From Thermoplasmatales archaeon (lineage in GTDB: Archaea; Thermoplasmatota; Thermoplasmata; Thermoplasmatales; GCA-001856825): a stretch of 43,859 bases of DNA. Location: positions 1 to 43,859 of the forward strand of contig JAVYOD010000003.1 in assembly GCA_038734825.1 (NCBI GenBank). Reading direction: 5' to 3'. This document shows, piece by piece, positions 37,484-43,859 of the stretch. Under the pieces are notes generated by a model that was not told the origin of the DNA, ran no database searches, and was given only the letters and a program-made list of their open reading frames with translations. How positions within the stretch are numbered: position 1 is the first letter of the stretch; the number at the start of each line of letters is the position of its first letter. Position numbers and translations under genes: made by a program.

Positions 37484-38821
37484 TTATTTGTTGGCTCTGA
37501 ACTCCATTATTTTTCTGTTTACTATTTCCTCAAGAGATCTTCCGCGGTCAACCGTGAAATAGAACGCCCCTATCCTTCGTCTTATGACATCTTCAGTCGT
37601 TATCGCGCATTCCTGTTTTATAGCACACTCTATTGCATCAGCGCAGTTCCTCCTGTACGATATAACGGGTAACCCTGATGTCTTTATTTTATGTCCAATG
37701 ACGTTCCCTACCTTTGCACTCACCTTCCTTGAAGCATTTCTATAGTTCGTTATCTTTACGCCCATGACTGATATCATTCTTTTTTCCGTTAAAAGGTGAA
37801 AGTCTCTAGTAACTCTACCAGGATCATTTCCCCTTCCGTAGAGCGGTCTTACTCCGACATATTCACCCACCACATCATCTTTCTTGAGCTCTCTTATTAT
37901 CCTCGAAACTGATGAGAATATGTATTCTCTCTCTTTTTCCTCAATGTGATCGTCCCAAGGCCTGTCTGTAAAGTCATCGGTTGTGCCGGCTATGACTACC
38001 TCCCCCCTTGGGATCAGGAACATTTGTCTCTTGTCTATATGTGATCGAAATGCAATTGCGTTCTGTATGTTCAGATGCTTATTGTTTAATATTAAGTGAA
38101 CTCCGCGTGAAAGTTTAAGATTTTCAATTTTTTTTCCCGTGTATTTTTCGTGTATCTCATTAACCCAGGGACCCGTCGCATTCACGACAGCACTAGCCCT
38201 CACCGTATAGCTCCTCCCATCAAGAGAGTCCTTGAGATTTACTAAAACCCCTTCATCATAGTCTTTAAGATCTTGAACGGAAACATAATTTAGAGCACTA
38301 GCACCACTCATTACTGCGGAAACCACGTTATAAACAACAAGAAGAGCATCATCAGTTAGACCATCCATGTATGAGAAGTATCCGCGATATCCATCGTAGT
38401 TGTATTTTCCCCTGTGAAATCTCGGAATCTGGCGGATACCTCCCAAAATATTGTAAAGGAAGAGACCAAAAGATATTGAGAGCTTCGACCAAGAAAAATT
38501 ATCGATCAATATATCGAAATTCATGCTCCTTACTATTTCAACATTCTTCAACAAGTAATTTCGCTCTAGGAGCAGTTCCCTTGTTAACAGGAAGTGTCCC
38601 TGTGCAAGGTACCTGAGTCCTCCGTGAATCAGTTTTGATGAATTACTACTTGTTCCTGATCCAAAATCTCCCTTTTCCACAAGAAGAACTCTCAGATCAT
38701 TTGCAGCGAGAATTCCAGCAACACCAGCACCAGCTATTCCTCCACCTATTATTAACACATCGAATTCTTTTCCGTCAAGTTTTTCGAGAGTTTTCTTTCT
38801 TGTGAAGTAGGAGAACTCCAT
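37484..38821 (-). CDS. glpD: FAD-dependent glycerol-3-phosphate dehydrogenase/oxidase
   Basis: IIGGGIAG, DFGSGTSSNSSKLIHGGLRYL, NATGPW, GTTD, GVRPL, VTRD. Confidence 0.9.
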   Translation of the reverse strand: MEFSYFTRKKTLEKLDGKEFDVLIIGGGIAGAGVAGILAANDLRVLLVEKGDFGSGTSSNSSKLIHGGLRYLAQGHFLLTRELLLERNYLLKNVEIVRSMNFDILIDNFSWSKLSISFGLFLYNILGGIRQIPRFHRGKYNYDGYRGYFSYMDGLTDDALLVVYNVVSAVMSGASALNYVSVQDLKDYDEGVLVNLKDSLDGRSYTVRASAVVNATGPWVNEIHEKYTGKKIENLKLSRGVHLILNNKHLNIQNAIAFRSHIDKRQMFLIPRGEVVIAGTTDDFTDRPWDDHIEEKEREYIFSSVSRIIRELKKDDVVGEYVGVRPLYGRGNDPGRVTRDFHLLTEKRMISVMGVKITNYRNASRKVSAKVGNVIGHKIKTSGLPVISYRRNCADAIECAIKQECAITTEDVIRRRIGAFYFTVDRGRSLEEIVNRKIMEFRANK

Positions 38822-39007
38822 TTATCAAATATGAAATCGCGGCATAAAAAATATTACAACTCCAGGTCACCAGAGGCACGAATTAGAAGTGTTTTCATTA
38901 TTTTTAGAGCATATGGTTCTTGCATATAATGCTACATTTTCCTTTTTATCTAAAGAAATATATCATTTACAAGAACATTTATTTACCTTTAGGGAATAAG
39001 GTGTGCA

Positions 39008-40261
39008 GTGTTTCACCCAGATCCGGTATTTATCTATATCATTCTAATCTCAGTCGCAACAACTGCGATATATCTAATTTACTATTTTGTAAACGTTTAT
39101 TATTTAGTAAAGCACAGAAGCCCGGAGGAAAGTGGATCAGGTGATGAAATAGGTGACGTAACAATTTTGATACCAGTGTACAACGAGAAGATTAACCTGT
39201 TCACAAGGGTGATTGATTCTGCTATCTCTCAAGGCGTCGGGGTACTCGTCGTTGGCGATTCCAGTTATGAACCCTACAAGTCTATTACGGAAAGCAGGGG
39301 TGCACGGTTTATTCATCTTGAGCATAGGGGTGGAAAGAGAAAGGCTATATCTGAGGGCATAAAATTTGTTGGAACTAAATTCGTTCTTTTCCTAGATAGC
39401 GATACAGTTCTTCCTAAGGATGCCGTTAAAACTATGCTAACTCATTTTAAACCGAATGTAGGTGGTGTCGGTGCTAATGTAACCGTGTCAAGATCATCAA
39501 GCGGAGCCTCATACAGTGCTGAGTTCATGGAGCGCGCCAGGGAGATAGTACTTAGAGCAATGTCCGCGCATGGTGGTAGTGTGATGGTCATAGATGGGAA
39601 ATGTGCAATGTATAGGACGGACCTCATAAAACCACTCATCCTCTCAAAAGAATTTACTGACCCAAGGGTAGCAGGTCGGCCGGCAATTATGGGTGATGAT
39701 CAACAGATGACCTCGTACATTATAAGAAAAGGGTACAAGGCGGAGAAGAGTTTCGAGGTGGTCGTGGAAACTGAGCCACCGGAAAACTTCAAGCAGTTCA
39801 CGAAACAGAGCATAAGGTGGGCCAGGAGTTCCTATTATTACTTTTTTAAGAACTTGTTTAATGGTACTGCCCTCCGTGCAGGTGGCTTCTATGCATTTGA
39901 AACAATAGCCACATTTGTTATGCCGCTCTTAACACTGGGACTTAGTCTATTCAGGCTGTATTTCGAGTTCAGGTTCATTGGACATCATGCCGACACTTTT
40001 TTTGATCTTATTCAGAATTTCATAGCATTGAACCTTATAGGGTTTCATCGGTTTCATCGTGGTGGTATCAATTTCTTTCATCTCCTTTATTTTGCGGGTA
40101 TTCCAGGACCAGTCTTATTCGGTTCAGCGTTAGCATTCAACCTCAAAAGGGAAAGGCTTAGAACCCTCGGATACGGCGGGATTGCGCTCCTTATAATTTT
40201 TGCAACTTCAATATATGGAATGTTCACTTGCTGGAAACAGTGGTCCTGGCTAACGAGGTGA
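39008..40261 (+). CDS. Processive membrane GT2 glycosyltransferase (hyaluronan synthase/NodC-like)
   Basis: N-terminal TM, IPVYNE, GGKR, FLDSD, GKCAMYR, GDDQQMT, QSIRW (QxxRW), C-terminal TMs ending WLTR. Confidence 0.85.
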   Translation: MFHPDPVFIYIILISVATTAIYLIYYFVNVYYLVKHRSPEESGSGDEIGDVTILIPVYNEKINLFTRVIDSAISQGVGVLVVGDSSYEPYKSITESRGARFIHLEHRGGKRKAISEGIKFVGTKFVLFLDSDTVLPKDAVKTMLTHFKPNVGGVGANVTVSRSSSGASYSAEFMERAREIVLRAMSAHGGSVMVIDGKCAMYRTDLIKPLILSKEFTDPRVAGRPAIMGDDQQMTSYIIRKGYKAEKSFEVVVETEPPENFKQFTKQSIRWARSSYYYFFKNLFNGTALRAGGFYAFETIATFVMPLLTLGLSLFRLYFEFRFIGHHADTFFDLIQNFIALNLIGFHRFHRGGINFFHLLYFAGIPGPVLFGSALAFNLKRERLRTLGYGGIALLIIFATSIYGMFTCWKQWSWLTR

Positions 40262-41257
40262 TAACGAGGAATCTTGAACTGAGATCCGATTATTTAGAAA
40301 AGTAACCCTCGTGACGAAGTCTGATAGGCTCATCATTGCAGTCTCGAGATGCCATAGCCTGTCCATTGGCGCAATTGCTAGAATGAATCCTGCCGAACCG
40401 CCACCCATAAGTCTTGCAGTGCAAGCGCCATTTTTTATTGCAGCTTCAATTATGGAATCCACTTTCTCGTTTGTTATCCCCTGCCCCAGTTTTTTCTTTA
40501 GTTCCCACCCTTTACTCATAAGCTTGCAAAATGAACCGAAATCCCCAGCAGAAACGGAATCTTTGGCCTGGATTGTCAATTTCTTCATTTCAAGGAGAAT
40601 TTCGATCAGTTCTCCTGAGCCGTCATTGAGCTTGCTAACTTCCTCCTGGAGTGCCACCGAACTGTTCCTCGTTGAGCCAGTGTATATTATGATGGATGAT
40701 CGGCTCAGAAGTTCTGAAAACACATTAGAAGAGTCTATATTATTTATTAAAGCTCGTTCTCCAGAGAATTCTACATATTTTAAGCCAGGAAATGATATTG
40801 CATATGGGTCCTGTAGACCGAGTGTTACTTTGAAATGATCCTTCTCCACCCTGTAAGATTCACTTGCCAGCTTCATCCAGTCCAGGCCATCTCCTCTGAT
40901 CAATTTAATCACTGTGAGTAATGCAAGAACGAGTGAGGTTGAGGATCCCAGACCTGTCCCTGCCGGTACATCCCCAGCAACAGTTAGGCGTCCAGTTTCT
41001 ATTCCATTTATCTCAAACAGTTTGGAAATCCCGTTTAGAAAATCATTTCCAGATTGTCCAACTGCGCTCCAGCTTTTGAGTATATCCCTTGATGCTATCT
41101 CGAGAGGCAAACCGTCATCAATGTACTTAACAGTTACTCCTCTGTCTATAGTGGCATTTATTACGCAACCGCCGTAAAGGTCTGGAAAGGGAGGGATATC
41201 CGTACCACCGCCTATAAAGCTCACCCTATAAGGGGAGAAGACTGAGATCCTTCTCAT
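40250..41257 (-). CDS. GHMP sugar kinase, HddA-like (heptose-7-phosphate kinase family)
   Basis: PYRVSFIGGGTD, DVPAGTGLGSS, GLQD, YTG..R, MGGGSAG. Confidence 0.85.
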   Translation of the reverse strand: MRRISVFSPYRVSFIGGGTDIPPFPDLYGGCVINATIDRGVTVKYIDDGLPLEIASRDILKSWSAVGQSGNDFLNGISKLFEINGIETGRLTVAGDVPAGTGLGSSTSLVLALLTVIKLIRGDGLDWMKLASESYRVEKDHFKVTLGLQDPYAISFPGLKYVEFSGERALINNIDSSNVFSELLSRSSIIIYTGSTRNSSVALQEEVSKLNDGSGELIEILLEMKKLTIQAKDSVSAGDFGSFCKLMSKGWELKKKLGQGITNEKVDSIIEAAIKNGACTARLMGGGSAGFILAIAPMDRLWHLETAMMSLSDFVTRVTFLNNRISVQDSSLSPR

Positions 41258-41316
41258 CTTGATGTTAAAATAAATCTGGGTATAAAATTGAAATCCTTAA
41301 ATGGACTAGCATTTTC

Positions 41317-42495
41317 ATGAGGGTTCTCATACTGGGTATCGATGGGTACATCGGTTGGCCCCTTGCTCTGAAGCTCGCTTATGCCGGGCATAATGTTACA
41401 GGCGTTGACAACTTTTATACAAGGAGGAGGGTCAGGGAGGTTGGATCTGACTCTGCACTACCTATTTATTCATTTGCTAAAAGGAAGGAAAAGATAAGGG
41501 AAAAAGTCGGTCGAGTTATAAATTTCATACGGGGAGATGTCTCGCTCCCAGAGGTTATGTACAGGGCGTTTTCCGAAGCTAGACCTGATGTTGTTTTTCA
41601 TCTTGCAGAACAGCGCTCTGCACCGTATTCCATGATAGGTCTTAAACAGGCTATCGAGACGATGAAAACAAATGTGTTGAGTACCCTTAACCTCGTCTAC
41701 GCGGCCAAAGATATCTCACCGGACGTGCATATAGTTAAAATCGGAACCATGGGGGAGTATGGTACACCAAACATAGATATAACGGAAGGATTCATAGAAA
41801 TAGAATTCAGGGGAAGAAAGGATACTCTTCCATTCCCAAAGAACGCGAGCTCCTGGTACCACTGGTCAAAAGTACATGACTCAAATAATCTGATGTTTGC
41901 TAACAGGCTCTGGAATCTTAAGATAACGGACATCATGCAGGGTGTTGTTTACGGTACAAGGACAGAAGAAATTGAAAAGACAGGTCTGTACACCAGATTT
42001 GATATAGACGAGGTTTGGGGGACAGCACTAAATAGGTTTATTGCACAGGCTGTATTGGGAAGTCCAATAACACCATACGGGAGCGGCAACCAGAAAAGGG
42101 GTTTTCTCGCTCTTGAAGACAGCATAAAATGTCTCGAAATAGCTATGGATAATCCGCCGGAAAATGGCAAGTACAGGGTACTCAATCAATTCGATCAGTA
42201 TTACTCTATAAACTATCTGGCAAACACGGTATCGGAAGTATACGAGGAAGTTACAGGAAAACAGGCCATAATAGAACATGTGAAAAATCCGAGGGTGGAG
42301 TCAGAGGATCATTACTACAATCCAGAACACGAAACGCTCTACAGGCTGGGTTACAGGCCAGGCAGATCACTGAAAGATACTATTAGAGAAATGATACTGG
42401 ACCTTGAGAAAAATAAGCGGAGGCTGGAATCACTGAGATCTGTTATTATGCCCAAGACGTTCTGGGTTGAAAGCAAAGGTTTAGTCAGGTTCTGA
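41317..42495 (+). CDS. agl3: UDP-sulfoquinovose synthase (SqdB/Agl3)
   Basis: GIDGYIGW, HLAEQRSAPYS, GTMGEYGTPN, YHWSKVHDS, QGVVYG, NPRVE..HYY. Confidence 0.93.
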   Translation: MRVLILGIDGYIGWPLALKLAYAGHNVTGVDNFYTRRRVREVGSDSALPIYSFAKRKEKIREKVGRVINFIRGDVSLPEVMYRAFSEARPDVVFHLAEQRSAPYSMIGLKQAIETMKTNVLSTLNLVYAAKDISPDVHIVKIGTMGEYGTPNIDITEGFIEIEFRGRKDTLPFPKNASSWYHWSKVHDSNNLMFANRLWNLKITDIMQGVVYGTRTEEIEKTGLYTRFDIDEVWGTALNRFIAQAVLGSPITPYGSGNQKRGFLALEDSIKCLEIAMDNPPENGKYRVLNQFDQYYSINYLANTVSEVYEEVTGKQAIIEHVKNPRVESEDHYYNPEHETLYRLGYRPGRSLKDTIREMILDLEKNKRRLESLRSVIMPKTFWVESKGLVRF

Positions 42496-43234
42496 GAGCT
42501 TCACTTTTAGCGTAATCATAACTGGATTTAAGTGCTTTTATGTATTCATCAACAACTCCTACGCTTATCCAATTATCATTTGAGATCTCAAGTGCCCTGA
42601 ATTCAATGCCCTCCCTTATTGCAAGTTCTATAGCATCAGTAATCTCTTTCCCGCCGCTCTTATCGATAAAGTCAAATATGACGGGGGGAAGGAAATAAAG
42701 AGCACAAATCGCGTATTCCGAAGGAGGGTTATCTGGTTTTTCAATCACTTCTTTCACCTTTGGTGGATCGTATGATTTGTCTATAACAGCGACACCGTAT
42801 CTTCTGGCGTCTTCCACCTTCATGACGAAGAGGGTCCACCTATTCTCTTGAATGGAATTAAGGAGAAAACTGCTGATTCTAGAAAAATCAACAACAACTG
42901 CATCACCGGCAGCCAATATGAAACTTTCGTCTCCAACAAAATCTTTAGCCTGAAGACACGCATCTCCGAATCCGATTTTTTCTTTTTGATAAAGAATTGT
43001 GCACCACGGCAGCGCCTTCCTTACATAGCTTTCACTTACGGAGTCATCTGGATCAAGAACAACGGCAACGTCTTCTATGCCAATTTTTCGGAGTCTGGAT
43101 GCAATAATGTCCAAAATAGGTCTGAGTGCCAGTTTCCCATCTATGGCCTCGTAAAGTGGGAGAAGTTCCTTTCTCAGAACACCATTCAGTCCTGATCTCT
43201 TACCGATGCCTGCTGCAGTTATTACAGCTTTCAT
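42485..43234 (-). CDS. Sugar-phosphate nucleotidyltransferase (GalU/RmlA-like)
   Basis: AVITAAGIGKR, KELLP, GFGDA, AGD, RYGV, IEKP, EITDA. Confidence 0.88.
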   Translation of the reverse strand: MKAVITAAGIGKRSGLNGVLRKELLPLYEAIDGKLALRPILDIIASRLRKIGIEDVAVVLDPDDSVSESYVRKALPWCTILYQKEKIGFGDACLQAKDFVGDESFILAAGDAVVVDFSRISSFLLNSIQENRWTLFVMKVEDARRYGVAVIDKSYDPPKVKEVIEKPDNPPSEYAICALYFLPPVIFDFIDKSGGKEITDAIELAIREGIEFRALEISNDNWISVGVVDEYIKALKSSYDYAKSEALRT

Positions 43235-43310
43235 AGGGCTTAGATCGATGAACTCGTATTAAATTCAGCGCATTATTAGGGTTTATTAATATAGATGGGA
43301 TATATTCACG

Positions 43311-43859
43311 TTGATTTCCCCGGTGATAGGCATAGTTACAGGGGTTATTCTCCTCGTATTTTCATCTCTTGCCCTAACCTCTTCAATAGAAGGTATCGGT
43401 TCAAGACTTAAGTTCAGTGAAACCCTAACTGGGGCGCTGTTAAGCCCATTCTTTACGGCGCTTCCAGAACTTATTATAGTTGCTGAGGCAATAGTTCTCG
43501 TAGGAAAGGCACCGGGATCTGAAATAGCAGCAGGAACGATAATAGGCGAGCCGTTCATGGTTTCTTCCATTGGGATACCGGCTGCTGTTATCACCCTTTC
43601 ATTATCTGGGAGAAGGAAAAAAGTTGAGATGATAGAAAACTCCATCCCAAAAATTATCATGCTTTTGGGTTTGGTTTTTCCAGTCATGCTAATACCGCAC
43701 TTCTTTACCGGATCTTTTGTGAGATTTGCGGTATCGATATTTCTCGTGATCGTTTATGCGATTTCAATCTTGCTATGGAAGGGAAAAAAGGAGGTCGAGG
43801 GGAAGAACATGGCTACGAACAGAATATTAATTTTCGTGGTAGTAGGTCTTTCCTTTCTT
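43311..43859 (+). CDS. Ca2+/cation (Na+/Ca2+) antiporter family protein, truncated by the window end
   Basis: Not in the ORF track. TTG after a TATA-like element (43282-43293) and open to the end. Reads MISPVIGIVTGVILL...SPFFTALPELII...AAGTIIGEPF, an alpha-repeat-like TALPE motif. Confidence 0.82.
   Translation, partial: MISPVIGIVTGVILLVFSSLALTSSIEGIGSRLKFSETLTGALLSPFFTALPELIIVAEAIVLVGKAPGSEIAAGTIIGEPFMVSSIGIPAAVITLSLSGRRKKVEMIENSIPKIIMLLGLVFPVMLIPHFFTGSFVRFAVSIFLVIVYAISILLWKGKKEVEGKNMATNRILIFVVVGLSFL

Noticed and set aside
43286-43687. 133-aa minus-strand ORF and the many other antisense ORFs inside real genes
   Set aside because: Shadow frames of well-supported opposite-strand genes, here the antiporter.
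1-43859. CRISPR array, rRNA, integrase or intact IS element
   Set aside because: No regularly spaced repeats, rRNA-like sequence or recombinase/transposase motifs were seen by eye.

Overview
Archaeal chromosomal segment, most likely Thermoplasmata. This is inferred from TATA/BRE promoters with mostly leaderless genes, Tsr3, TrmB, a Hef-type helicase lacking its nuclease domain, class II HMG-CoA reductase, Agl3/SqdB and CCA-less tRNAs. Very compact housekeeping blocks (3.4-12.7 kb and 29.4-43.9 kb, with many overlapping convergent stops) alternate with AT-rich, gene-poor accessory stretches next to tRNA-Asn(GTT) and tRNA-Ser(GCT). The accessory content is a membrane-anchored GH15 glucoamylase, a maltodextrin cluster (GH31, MalK, GH13, TrmB, MalEFG) and an SQR plus DUF1641 pair. 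No CRISPR array, integrase or intact IS was seen. The best leads are: (1) an unannotated 53-aa HicB-like ORF whose TAG stop shares its G with nucleotide +1 of tRNA-Ser; (2) a DUF1611/DgcN-like gene paired with a MurL/QueC-like PP-loop enzyme and preceded by an unannotated in-frame 51-aa ORF; (3) a helical protein, SPFH-triple zinc ribbon and zinc-ribbon operon; (4) a hyaluronan-synthase/NodC-like GT2 beside sulfoquinovose and heptose genes. All family assignments are from motif recognition by eye, not database searches.
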